64,000 nucleotides of DNA, from NCBI GenBank assembly GCA_017445245.1, contig JAFSUM010000036.1, positions 35,153 to 99,152 of the forward strand. Direction: 5' to 3'. Position numbers and translations under genes: made by a program. The notes under the pieces were generated by a model. That model made no database searches and was not told where the DNA came from. It saw only the letters and a list, made by a program, of their open reading frames with translations. The DNA comes from Bacilli bacterium (GTDB lineage Bacteria > Bacillota_I > Bacilli_A > RFN20 > CAG-826). Numbering within the stretch: the stretch's first letter is position 1; each line of letters starts with the position of its first letter. This document shows, one piece after another, positions 48,139-58,071 of this stretch.

Positions 48139-50556
48139 TTAGGCTTCGGGTTTAAGCTTCTTCAGGCGCCAGATGTCGCGGTTATATTCTTCGATCGTAC
48201 GGTCGGAAGTGAAGTAACCGGAACCGGCGATGTTGCAGATGGCGGCATGGGCCCACTTCTTGCGGTCCTGATACATGAGGTCAGCTTCTTCGCAGGCCTT
48301 GTTGTAGCCATTGAAGTCGGCGAGGACGAAGAACTGGTCGTTATGCGATATGATTTCGTCGAAGATCATGCGGAAGCGGTTGGAATCGCCTTCGCACCAG
48401 GGGCCCGAGAAGAGGGAATCCATGATGTTCTTGACGCGCATATCGTTGTTGTAGACGTCCCAAGGCGAATAGGAGCCTTCGTCGACCATGCGCTGCACTT
48501 CCTCGGCCTTAAGACCGAAGATGACTTCGTTTTCATAACCCGCAAAGTCGGCAATTTCGATATTCGCGCCGTCTAAGGTACCAAGAGTCACGGCGCCGTT
48601 CATCATGAGCTTCATGTTGGACGTACCGGAAGCTTCTTTGCCCGCGGTGGAAATCTGTTCGGAGATATCGGCGGCCGGGATGATCTTCTCGGCGAGGGAG
48701 ACGCCATAGTTTTCGACGAAGACGATGCGGATGTATTTGTTGATGTCCGGATCGTTATTGACGACCTTCGCGACGGCGAGGATCAATTCGATGATCTTCT
48801 TCGCGTAGGTGTAGCTAGGCGCGGCCTTGGCCCCGAAGATGTAAGTATGCGGGGTGATCTTGAAGGAAGGATCTTCCTTGAATTTCTGATAGAGATAGAT
48901 GATATGGAAGACGTTGAGGAGTTGTCTCTTATAGGCGTGTAGACGCTTGATCTGGACGTCGAAGATGGAATCCGGATCGATCTCGAAGCCATAGGTCTTC
49001 GCGACGAAGGCGGCGAAATCGCGCTTGTTCTCGGCCTTGATTTCGAGGAACTTCTTCTGCACTTCTTCATCATCGGCATAGGCGCGGAATTTGCCGATTT
49101 CGTTTTCGTAATCGGTCTTCCAGCCTTCGCCGATCTTCGAAGTGATGAGGTTGGCAAGGCGAGGGTTGGCATACATCAACCAGCGGCGGTGCGTGACGCC
49201 GTTGGTCTTGTTGTTGAACTTGGTCGGATAGAGGCCATAGAACTCCTTGAAGGTCATGGCCTTGAGGATGTCCGTATGGATCTTGGCGACGCCGTTGACG
49301 GAGAAGACGGTGCAAATGGCCATGTTGGTCATGTGAATCTGGCCGTCCTTGATGATCTGCATCGCATAACGCTCGGCGGAACCGACGTTCTTCTCGTTGA
49401 GATAGAGGTTAAAGCGGCGGTTGATTTCCTCGATGATCATGTAGACTCTCGGAACGAGTTGCTGGACGTATTGGACCGGCCACTTCTCGAGAGCTTCGGG
49501 CATGACGGTATGGTTGGTATAGGCAAACATCCTGGTCACGATGTCCCAAGCGGCATCCCAGCCGTAGTTATATTCGTCCATCAAAAGGCGCATGGCCTCG
49601 GGGATGGCGAGAATCGGGTGGGTATCGTTAAGCTGGAAGACGTAGAGGTCCGGAAGCTTGTCGAGGTTGCCATAGCGGCGGTTGACCGAACGCATGGTGG
49701 ACTGCAAGCCGGCCGAGACGAGGAAGTACTGCTGGCGGAGACGGAGCATGCGGCCATGCTCGGTGGAATCATCGGGATAAAGGCCGTGGCAGAGCTCACG
49801 TAGCGTGGTCAAATAGGATTCGAACGTCTGGTCGGTCGGGAGGTGATGTTCGCTCGGTTCGGCAGACCAAAGGCGGAGCGTATTGGCGACCCCGTTGCGG
49901 TAGCCCGGGACGGAGACGTCATAAGGAACGGCGCGGACGCAGGTGGCGTTCACCGTGCGCATACCATATTCGCCGTTAGCCTTGATATAGGTTTCGGAAT
50001 TGCCATAGAACTTGACTTCGACCGCATGCTTGGGCTTACGGACTTCGAAGACGAAGCCGTTGGAGAGCCATTGGTCGGGAAGTTCGATCTGCTGGCCATG
50101 ACGGAATTTTTGGCGGAAGAAGCCATATTCGTAACGGATGGTGTTGCCGTGTCCAGGATAGCCAAGCGAGGCGATGGAATCGAGGAAGCAGGCGGCAAGA
50201 CGGCCTAGACCGCCATTGCCAAGGCCGGCATCGGCTTCCATGTCTTCGAGTTCGCCGATGTCGATGCCAAGTTCTTCAAGGCCATCGCGGGCGACCTCGT
50301 AGATGCCGAGGTTCTGCATATTGGAGGTCAGCAAGCGCCCCATGAGGAATTCCATGGAGAAGTAGACGAGCTGACGGCGATCGTCGCGGAGGATTTCCTC
50401 GCGGGAAGCGCGCCATTCGCGTCCGGCGTAGTCGCGGACCATTTCGCCGAGGACTTCGTAGCGCTCGGTGATGTGGCTTGAAGCGACGTCGCGGCCGTAC
50501 TTGTCGATCAGGCGGCGCTCAAACGTCTCTTTAAAGTCTTTTTTATTGTCAAACAT
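48139..50556 (-). CDS. glgP: Glycogen/alpha-glucan phosphorylase
   Basis: 805 aa. Pyridoxal-phosphate lysine region EASGTSNMKLMMNGAVTLGTLDGANIE and other GT35 hallmarks. Confidence 0.9.
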   Translation of the reverse strand: MFDNKKDFKETFERRLIDKYGRDVASSHITERYEVLGEMVRDYAGREWRASREEILRDDRRQLVYFSMEFLMGRLLTSNMQNLGIYEVARDGLEELGIDIGELEDMEADAGLGNGGLGRLAACFLDSIASLGYPGHGNTIRYEYGFFRQKFRHGQQIELPDQWLSNGFVFEVRKPKHAVEVKFYGNSETYIKANGEYGMRTVNATCVRAVPYDVSVPGYRNGVANTLRLWSAEPSEHHLPTDQTFESYLTTLRELCHGLYPDDSTEHGRMLRLRQQYFLVSAGLQSTMRSVNRRYGNLDKLPDLYVFQLNDTHPILAIPEAMRLLMDEYNYGWDAAWDIVTRMFAYTNHTVMPEALEKWPVQYVQQLVPRVYMIIEEINRRFNLYLNEKNVGSAERYAMQIIKDGQIHMTNMAICTVFSVNGVAKIHTDILKAMTFKEFYGLYPTKFNNKTNGVTHRRWLMYANPRLANLITSKIGEGWKTDYENEIGKFRAYADDEEVQKKFLEIKAENKRDFAAFVAKTYGFEIDPDSIFDVQIKRLHAYKRQLLNVFHIIYLYQKFKEDPSFKITPHTYIFGAKAAPSYTYAKKIIELILAVAKVVNNDPDINKYIRIVFVENYGVSLAEKIIPAADISEQISTAGKEASGTSNMKLMMNGAVTLGTLDGANIEIADFAGYENEVIFGLKAEEVQRMVDEGSYSPWDVYNNDMRVKNIMDSLFSGPWCEGDSNRFRMIFDEIISHNDQFFVLADFNGYNKACEEADLMYQDRKKWAHAAICNIAGSGYFTSDRTIEEYNRDIWRLKKLKPEA

Positions 50557-50574
50557 AGATAATCTCTTTCGTGG

Positions 50575-52563
50575 TTATTTCTTTTTCGCGGGAGCTTTCT
50601 TGGCCGCCGGTTTCTTGACCGGGGCGGGTTTTTCCTCGGGCTTAGGTTCTTCCTTGGGCTCGATTCTCCTCTTGAGGATCGAAGCGGCGAAGCCACCGAG
50701 CTTAAGGGCCATCTTGCAGGGTCTGCCTTCGGGGCCGGGGCCGGGGACGGAGACCGAGGGGGCTCCGCTATACTGGTTCCAACCGCCATAGACATCCTTG
50801 TCGGAATTGAAGATCTCGTCGTAGATGCCTTCGCGCATGGTGCCGATCTCGTACCATTCGTACCAGTTCGGGGTCATGTTGAAGACGAAGATGAGGTCGC
50901 TATCCCCTACTTGACGTTCGAAGGCGAAGACCGACTGGTCGCTATTGTCGACCATCAGCCACTGGAAGTGGGCCGGGTTATGCTCTTCGTAATGCATCGC
51001 GGGTTCGGCCCTGTAGATGAGGTTCAGGTCACGGACGAGGCGACGGACGGAATCGTGCTTGGGGAAGGAGAGCAGGTTCCATGGGAGGGAACGGAGTTCG
51101 TTCCATTCGTCGAAGGAGGCGAGCTCATTGCCCATGAAGGTCAATTTCTTGCCGGGGTGGGCGAACTGGTAGGTATAGAGGTTACGGACGAGGGCGAACT
51201 TCTGATCGTAATCGCCCCACATCTTGTTGATGATGGTGCCCTTGCCGTGGACGACTTCGTCGTGGCTAAGCGGCAGGAGGAAGTTTTCGCTATAGAAGTA
51301 CGCCATCGAGAAGGTGAGCTTATTGTGCTCGTACTTCTTGTAGATGGGGTCCTTACCATAATACTTGAGGGTATCGTTCATCCAGCCGAGGTCCCACTTG
51401 TAGTCGAAGCCGAGGCCGCCATATTCGATCGGATGGGTGACCTTGGTGAAGTCGGTGGAGTCTTCGGCGATCATCATGACCGAGGGGTGGGCATAATGGA
51501 TCTTGCCGTTGAGGCGGCGGATGAATTCGGTCGCGCCGGTATTCTCGCCGTTAGCTTTGTTGCCATCCCAGAAGACGATGTTGGAGACCGCGTCGACGCG
51601 GATGCCGTCGAAGTGGAAGTATTCGAGGAAGTAGTTCATCGCCGACATCAAGAAGGAACGAACCGGATCCTTGCCGAGGTCGAACTGGGCGGAACCCCAG
51701 GGCGAGAGCGTATGGGCGGGATCGCTATATTCGTAGAGGTTCGTGCCATCGAATTCGCGGAGCGCGTAGGAGTCGACCGCGAAGTGGACGGGGGCGAAGT
51801 CGAGGATGACGCCGAAGCCCGCGCGGTGCATGCGGTCGACGAAGCTCATGAGCTGCTTTGGGTTGCCATAACGGCTATCAACCGAGTAGAAGCCCGTCGC
51901 CTGATAGCCCCAGGAACCATCGAAGGGATACTGGGTAATCGGCATGATTTCGACGTGGGTGAATCCGTTTTCCTGGAGATAGGGAATCAGGTAGTCGGCC
52001 ACTTCCTCATACGAGGGGTAGCGGTCGCCGATCTTGCCCTTCCACGAGCCGAGATGGACTTCGTAGATGGACATCGGGGCATCGAAGTTGCGGGAACGTC
52101 TGGAGAGCCAATCGCCATCCATCCACGGGAAGTTTTCGATGTCGAAGATCCTGGAGCAGGTCTGCGGGCGATATTCGCTATAGAAAGCGAAGGGGTCGGC
52201 CTTGTCGACATATTCGCCGCGGGCGTTCTTGAAGTGATATTTATAAGAGAGGTAGTCGTGAAGACCGGGGATGAAGGTTTCGTAGACGCCCGAGGGGTCC
52301 ACCTTGTTCATCTTGTTGGCGCGAACGTCCCAGCCGTTGAATTCGCCGATGACCGAAACGTCGTTGGCCATCGGGGCGTAGAGGCGGAACCAGACGCCGT
52401 AGAGTTTGTCTTTGACTTTTACCTTTTTGGGTTTGCCGCCCTTTTTCGCGGCGGGAATCGTCTCCTCTTTGTCGACTTCGATGTAACCGAAGTGGGCGCC
52501 GAAATAACGGAACGCCTCGATGGATTGACCCATCAGATAATCGTACAGAATACCGTATGCCAT
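50575..52563 (-). CDS. glgB: 1,4-alpha-glucan branching enzyme with a Lys/Pro/Glu-rich C-terminal tail
   Basis: CBM48 plus GH13 core. Start set at MAYGILYDYL (AGGAGA RBS); the track extends to 52602. Tail ...EPKEEPKPEEKPAPVKKPAAKKAPAKKK. Confidence 0.85.
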   Translation of the reverse strand: MAYGILYDYLMGQSIEAFRYFGAHFGYIEVDKEETIPAAKKGGKPKKVKVKDKLYGVWFRLYAPMANDVSVIGEFNGWDVRANKMNKVDPSGVYETFIPGLHDYLSYKYHFKNARGEYVDKADPFAFYSEYRPQTCSRIFDIENFPWMDGDWLSRRSRNFDAPMSIYEVHLGSWKGKIGDRYPSYEEVADYLIPYLQENGFTHVEIMPITQYPFDGSWGYQATGFYSVDSRYGNPKQLMSFVDRMHRAGFGVILDFAPVHFAVDSYALREFDGTNLYEYSDPAHTLSPWGSAQFDLGKDPVRSFLMSAMNYFLEYFHFDGIRVDAVSNIVFWDGNKANGENTGATEFIRRLNGKIHYAHPSVMMIAEDSTDFTKVTHPIEYGGLGFDYKWDLGWMNDTLKYYGKDPIYKKYEHNKLTFSMAYFYSENFLLPLSHDEVVHGKGTIINKMWGDYDQKFALVRNLYTYQFAHPGKKLTFMGNELASFDEWNELRSLPWNLLSFPKHDSVRRLVRDLNLIYRAEPAMHYEEHNPAHFQWLMVDNSDQSVFAFERQVGDSDLIFVFNMTPNWYEWYEIGTMREGIYDEIFNSDKDVYGGWNQYSGAPSVSVPGPGPEGRPCKMALKLGGFAASILKRRIEPKEEPKPEEKPAPVKKPAAKKAPAKKK

Positions 52564-52735
52564 ATATATCTCCTGAAAATGGTTAACGCTATTATAGCCC
52601 AAAGCGCGCGCATTGGCACATGAAAGTGCGCGTACGCAAAAAATAAAGGTAATCCATAAATAATAAAGGTCTGGCTTATTCCATAACCCCCGTCCCGCGG
52701 TGTATCATTCTCCTGTTCAACTAAGGAGCATAAAT

Positions 52736-53944
52736 ATGTACAAAGTCATGGCCGTCAACTGCGGCTCTTCTTCCCTCAAATTCAAGCTTTATGAAATGCC
52801 CGAAGAGAAGGTTCTCTGTTCCGGCAACGTCGAGCGTATCGGCCTCGAAGAAGGTATCTTCGGCATCAAATATAACGGCGAGAAAGTCGAAATCAAACAA
52901 CCCATTCCCGACCACGCCGTCGGTGCCAAACTCGTCCTCGAAGGCCTCACCAAATACGGCATCATCAAATCTCTTGATGAAATCAAATGCGTCGGCCACC
53001 GCGTCGTCCAAGGCGGCAAATACTTCTCTTCCAGTGCCGAATTCGACCAGAAGAACGCCGACATCATCGAATCGCTCACCCCGCTCGATCCTCTTCACGC
53101 CCCGGCCCACATCACCGGATGGAAGGCGTTCTGCAAAGCACTCCCCGGCGTTCCCGCGATCGCTGTCTTCGATACGGCCTACCACCAGACCATGGAACCC
53201 GAGGACTACCTCTTCCCCGTTCCTTATGAAATGAGCGAGAAATACGATTGCCGTAGATATGGCGCTCACGGCACCTCCCACAATTACCTCGCCGACACCG
53301 CCATCGACCATTACTTCGGCGGCAAGAAGGAAGGCACCCGCATCCTCTCCTGCCACATCGGCTCCGGCTCCTCCTTATGTGCCATCAAAGACGGCAAATG
53401 CGTCGCCACTTCCATGGGCCTCACCCCGTTAGGCGGCGTCATGATGGGCACCCGCACCGGCGACCTCGATCCCTCCGTCATGGATTACCTTTGCACCTGC
53501 ACCGGCAAGGACGTCGACGAGATGTATGACATCTTCAACAAGAAATCCGGCCTCCTCGGTGTCTCGGGCGTTTCTAGCGATACCCGCGACGTCGAAGACG
53601 CGGCCAAGAAAGGCAACGAAAGAGCTCTCCTCTCCGCCAAACTCTTCGCCCGTAGAGTCGCCGACTACATCGGCCAATACTATGTCCGTCTCGGTGGCGC
53701 CGACCTCATCATCTTCTCGGCTGGCATCGGCGAAAACAGCGACTACTTCCGTGAACTCATCCTTAAGGATGTCGAAGAAGCTCTCGGCCTTGATATCGAT
53801 TACGCCAAAAACGTCGGCCTCCGCGGCAAGGAAGAAGTCCTCTCCACCCCCAAGAGCAAGATCAAAGTCGTCGTCCTTCCGACCGATGAGGAAGTCATGA
53901 TCGCCCGCGACTGCCTCCGGAGAATCGAGAATGGCCACCTCTAA
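52736..53944 (+). CDS. ackA: Acetate kinase
   Basis: MYKVMAVNCGSSSLKF N-terminus with an AAGGAG RBS. ASKHG-fold motifs present. Confidence 0.9.
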   Translation: MYKVMAVNCGSSSLKFKLYEMPEEKVLCSGNVERIGLEEGIFGIKYNGEKVEIKQPIPDHAVGAKLVLEGLTKYGIIKSLDEIKCVGHRVVQGGKYFSSSAEFDQKNADIIESLTPLDPLHAPAHITGWKAFCKALPGVPAIAVFDTAYHQTMEPEDYLFPVPYEMSEKYDCRRYGAHGTSHNYLADTAIDHYFGGKKEGTRILSCHIGSGSSLCAIKDGKCVATSMGLTPLGGVMMGTRTGDLDPSVMDYLCTCTGKDVDEMYDIFNKKSGLLGVSGVSSDTRDVEDAAKKGNERALLSAKLFARRVADYIGQYYVRLGGADLIIFSAGIGENSDYFRELILKDVEEALGLDIDYAKNVGLRGKEEVLSTPKSKIKVVVLPTDEEVMIARDCLRRIENGHL

Positions 53945-54941
53945 GTTCGACCCCTCCATGGAGGCGTTCGAAAAACGTTTCCACAAAGCCTGCTCCGCGT
54001 TGCGGTCCGCCATCAAGCGGTATGACGCGATCGTCGTTTTCCGCCACCAGCACCCGGACTTCGATGCCCTCGGCTGCCAGATGGGTCTCGTCACCTTCCT
54101 AAAGGACAACTTCCCCGAAAAGGAAATCCATTTCGTCGGCGACCATCACCCCACCTTCACCCCGCGCATCTATCCCCTTCCCGAAGAGCTTCCCCTCTCC
54201 TGGTTCAAGGAGCATAAGTTCCTCTCCATCGTCCTCGACGTCGGGGACCACGAACGCATCGCCGACCCCCGTTACAAGATGGGTGGCTACATCGCCAAGA
54301 TCGACCACCACCCCTGCAAAGCCGAGATCGCCAAGACCGCGACCATCGTCGATTTGGACGCCGGAAGCTGTGCAGAACTTGTTGCCGATTTCTGCTTCCA
54401 CTTCCCTGGCACGAAAATGTCAGCCGAAGCGGCGAAATACTTCTATTCCGGCATCGTCGGCGACACGGGGCGCTTCCTCTTCTCCTCCACCTCGACCCAT
54501 ACCTTCGCGGTCGCGGAAGAACTATTGAAGAGCAAGTTCGACATCTCCTCGATTTATCAGAAGATGTATGAGAAATCTCAGACTTCGCTCCGCTCCTTGG
54601 CCTATGCCCTTAGCCATTACGAAATCACGCCAGACGGCGTTGCCTATTACCTGATTTCCGATGCCGCCTTAAAGGAACTCGGCATTCAAAACGACCAAGG
54701 CAAGGAACACGTCAATATATTCTCCAACATCGAAGGCATCAACGCCTGGTGTTCCATCACCGAAGACGCCGATCCCAAAGACCCCTGCTGGCGCATCTCC
54801 ATCCGTTCCAAGGCGGTCGATATCTCGGGCGTTGCCAACCAGTTTGGCGGCGGCGGACATCCGCAGGCTAGCGGCGCGCGAATCGATACTCTTGATGACC
54901 TGCCGAGGTTCCTCGACGTACTGGGAAGCCTCTTCCGTTAA
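53931..54941 (+). CDS. nrnA: DHH-family phosphoesterase (NrnA-like nanoRNase/pAp phosphatase)
   Basis: DHH motifs (HQHPDFDALGC, DHH) and DHHA1 GGGGH. Confidence 0.75.
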   Translation: MATSKFDPSMEAFEKRFHKACSALRSAIKRYDAIVVFRHQHPDFDALGCQMGLVTFLKDNFPEKEIHFVGDHHPTFTPRIYPLPEELPLSWFKEHKFLSIVLDVGDHERIADPRYKMGGYIAKIDHHPCKAEIAKTATIVDLDAGSCAELVADFCFHFPGTKMSAEAAKYFYSGIVGDTGRFLFSSTSTHTFAVAEELLKSKFDISSIYQKMYEKSQTSLRSLAYALSHYEITPDGVAYYLISDAALKELGIQNDQGKEHVNIFSNIEGINAWCSITEDADPKDPCWRISIRSKAVDISGVANQFGGGGHPQASGARIDTLDDLPRFLDVLGSLFR

Positions 54942-54954
54942 TCCCAAAACCCGA

Positions 54955-54984
54955 AACGCGACCTTATGGTTGCGTTTTCTTTTG
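54955..54984 (+). terminator. Rho-independent terminator after nrnA
   Basis: Hairpin AACGCGACC-ttat-GGTTGCGTT followed by TTCTTTT. Confidence 0.5.
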
Positions 54985-55036
54985 CGCCCGCCCCTGTTTA
55001 TACGAGGCTTTCGATGATGGTATAATCATCGAGCCA

Positions 55037-58000
55037 ATGGAATTCCTGCCCCTAAAAATCTGCTCGGGTTATAGCTTTTTGCGAAGCGGTCTTTCCTTGC
55101 GCTCCATCGTTGGTTTAGCCAAGAAAGCGGGACAGGCTTACTGCGCCGTTTCCGACTATTTCACGTTGACTGGTTACCCCGAGTTGACTGCCTTATGCGC
55201 TTCTCAAGGTATGACCCCCGTCTATGCGATGGACGGCCATTTCGAAGGGTATGAATTCACATTCGTTTTGCTAAACGAAGTGGGCTATAAAAACCTTATC
55301 GCCATGGCTTTGGAAGCCTCTAGAGGCGAGGTGAAACTCGATTTCCTCTATCAGCATAAAGAAGGGCTTCTTCCCATCCTTGATTTAGCCTCGGCTCCGC
55401 TTCGCCAAGCAGCCCAGCGCGGCCAAGATTCTTTTGAGGAAACCTTGCACCTCATCTTCCATTATCTCCCCACCCTCCGTCTAGGCATGCCCTATCTACC
55501 TAAAGAAGGCGAATACCTCACGTTTTTGCGTTCCTTCTTGGCCAATCATCCTTACGATTGCCTCGCCCTCCCTTCGATCCGTTACGCTAGAAGGACCGAC
55601 GCGATTGCCCTCTCGATCGTCGAAGCCATCGCGAACGATACCCAACTCGAAGAAAAGAAACTCTCGGGCGACCAATGGTTCCTCGATCTTCCAACCCTCG
55701 AATCCTATTACACCGAAGAAGAATTGGCCGCGACGACCTCCTTCCTTGGCGATATCGACTTCACCTTCCGTAAACGTAGAGGCGCCCTGCCCCATTATCC
55801 TTGCCCCGAAGGATACGATTCGGATTCCTTTTTGGAAAAGCTTGCCAAAGAGGGCCTAGACAAATACGTTCCTGGCCATGGTTCTGAATACGACACTCGC
55901 CTCGCTTACGAACTTTCCGTCATCAAACGGATGGGTTATAGCGACTATTTCCTTATCGTCTACGACTATGTCGCCTTTGCCAAAAGCCATGGCATCCTCG
56001 TCGGACCCGGCCGTGGTTCGGGCGCGGGAAGCTTGGTCTCTTTTGCCCTCAATATTGTTACACCCGACCCCATCAAGTACGGCTTGATGTTCGAACGTTT
56101 CCTCAACCCGGAACGACAATCGATGCCCGATATCGACGTCGACTTCGCCGATATCCGCCGCGACGAAGTGGCCAGCTACCTCCAAGGCAAATATGGCCAT
56201 AACCGCGTCTCCCATATCGTCACCATGCAGACCTTGGGCGCGAAAGCCTCCATCCGCGATATCGGCAGGGTCTATGGCTATGAGCCTCGCCATATCGATA
56301 CCATCTGTAAAACCATCCCCTCCTACCCCGCTTCTACCTTAGGTGAGAACTATAAGAACAACGAAGCCTTCCGCACCCTCGTCGATAGCGATCCCTACTA
56401 CCTCGAAATCGTCGGATTGGCTGCCAAAATCGAAGGGTTGCCTCGCCAAGCGGGCCTTCATGCCGCCGGCATCGTCCTCTCCGATTTGCCGCTTGAACAA
56501 GTCGTTCCCGTCACGGATAACCCAGGCGTCGGCTACGTCGCCCAATACGAGATGAATTACCTCGAAGACCAAGGTTGTCTCAAAATGGATCTCCTCGGTT
56601 TGCGGAACCTCACCATCGTCGGCCAAACCCTCGACCTCATCCAAAAGACAGAGGGCAAACATCTCGAAGCCGAGACGCTCCCTTACGATGACCCCAAAGC
56701 CATCGCCCTCATCGCCAAAGGCAAGACCATGGGCCTCTTCCAACTCGAATCGCAAGGTATGGGGCGGGCGATTGTTAACGTCAAGCCCACCACCTTCTCC
56801 GACGTCGCCGCCATCTTGGCCCTTTACCGTCCTGGCCCGATGGCCAATATCCCCTCGTTTGCTAGGCGTAAGCAAGGCAAAGAACGTATCACCTACCTCT
56901 GCCCGCAGCTAGAACCGATCCTAAAAGAAACGTATGGTATTCTCGTCTACCAAGAACAAATCATGCAGATTTGCACCGCTTTGGCCGGGTTTAGCTATGG
57001 CCAAGCCGATTTGTTCCGCCGCGCGATTTCCAAAAAAGATGCCGCAAAACTGGCTTCTTTGGAGACGGGTTTCCTGCAGGGATGCCATAAAAACGGCATC
57101 GACGGGGAGACCGCTAGGAAGGTTTATGACCTCATTTTCAAGTTCGCGGATTATGGCTTCAACAAATCTCACGCCGTCGCCTACGCGATACTCACCTGCC
57201 AGATGGCTTATTTGAAAGCCCATTATCCGCTTCCCTTCTACTGCGCCATCCTCGACGGCACCTCGTCCAATGATGGCAAGTTCGCCCCCCTCGTCGCCGA
57301 AATCAAAGCCGAATCCATCCGCTTCCGCGTCCCCGACGTCAACGCTTCGTCTTATCGCTTCTTGCCGGTCGGGATGACCATTCTTTTCCCGCTTACCGCG
57401 ATCAAAGGAATCCCTGGCAATTTGGCGTACCGCATCGTCGAAGAACGAGAGTTGCACGGCCCTTTCAAAGACGTCTTTGATTTCCTTTCCCGTTGCAAGG
57501 GATTCGGCATCAATTTGCAACTCCTCATCCGCTTTATCGACGCGGGCGCTTTGGATTGCTTTGGCATCTCTAGAGCCTCTCTTCGCCAACTCGCCCCCGC
57601 CGCGCTTAGCTACGCGGAGATGTTCACCGCCGATGGTGGAGGTGCCCTACTAGGTCTCGATTTCCCAAAGCCCGAAATCCCCTATGTCGAAACCGACCGC
57701 AATGCCGATCTTCTCGAAGAACGTGAAGTGCTTGGGCTAATGATTTCTGGTTCTCCTTTGGAGAGCAAGGCCATGACCTTGCACGCCAGGGGGATCCATC
57801 GCCTCAGCGAACTACCTAACGCGACCGGAGACATGGAAGTCGCGGGTGTCGTAGCAAGCTGCAAAGCGGTACGAACGAAGAAGGGAACCCGCATGGCCTT
57901 TCTCACCCTCTATGACGAAGAATCCATGGTCGAGTTCGCCCTCTTCTCGGAAGTCTATGACAAGTGCTACCCGATTCTAAAAGAAGGGGCCCTAATCATC

Positions 58001-58063
58001 GCCAGGGTCTATAAAAACAGAAACCGCGAGGGTTATTGCCTCGCCGACGCGGAAACGCTGTAA
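55037..58063 (+). CDS. dnaE: DNA polymerase III alpha subunit (DnaE type)
   Basis: N-terminal PHP domain and polymerase core GRGSGAGSLVSFAL...; 1008 aa. An extended -10 TGGTATAAT lies about 10 nt upstream. Confidence 0.85.
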   Translation: MEFLPLKICSGYSFLRSGLSLRSIVGLAKKAGQAYCAVSDYFTLTGYPELTALCASQGMTPVYAMDGHFEGYEFTFVLLNEVGYKNLIAMALEASRGEVKLDFLYQHKEGLLPILDLASAPLRQAAQRGQDSFEETLHLIFHYLPTLRLGMPYLPKEGEYLTFLRSFLANHPYDCLALPSIRYARRTDAIALSIVEAIANDTQLEEKKLSGDQWFLDLPTLESYYTEEELAATTSFLGDIDFTFRKRRGALPHYPCPEGYDSDSFLEKLAKEGLDKYVPGHGSEYDTRLAYELSVIKRMGYSDYFLIVYDYVAFAKSHGILVGPGRGSGAGSLVSFALNIVTPDPIKYGLMFERFLNPERQSMPDIDVDFADIRRDEVASYLQGKYGHNRVSHIVTMQTLGAKASIRDIGRVYGYEPRHIDTICKTIPSYPASTLGENYKNNEAFRTLVDSDPYYLEIVGLAAKIEGLPRQAGLHAAGIVLSDLPLEQVVPVTDNPGVGYVAQYEMNYLEDQGCLKMDLLGLRNLTIVGQTLDLIQKTEGKHLEAETLPYDDPKAIALIAKGKTMGLFQLESQGMGRAIVNVKPTTFSDVAAILALYRPGPMANIPSFARRKQGKERITYLCPQLEPILKETYGILVYQEQIMQICTALAGFSYGQADLFRRAISKKDAAKLASLETGFLQGCHKNGIDGETARKVYDLIFKFADYGFNKSHAVAYAILTCQMAYLKAHYPLPFYCAILDGTSSNDGKFAPLVAEIKAESIRFRVPDVNASSYRFLPVGMTILFPLTAIKGIPGNLAYRIVEERELHGPFKDVFDFLSRCKGFGINLQLLIRFIDAGALDCFGISRASLRQLAPAALSYAEMFTADGGGALLGLDFPKPEIPYVETDRNADLLEEREVLGLMISGSPLESKAMTLHARGIHRLSELPNATGDMEVAGVVASCKAVRTKKGTRMAFLTLYDEESMVEFALFSEVYDKCYPILKEGALIIARVYKNRNREGYCLADAETL

Positions 58064-58071
58064 GGAGAAAC

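Noticed and set aside
52603-52735. Possible CcpA cre site (TGAAAGTGCGCGTACG) upstream of ackA
   Set aside because: Matches the cre consensus poorly at the central CG positions. Too weak to call without a PWM scan.
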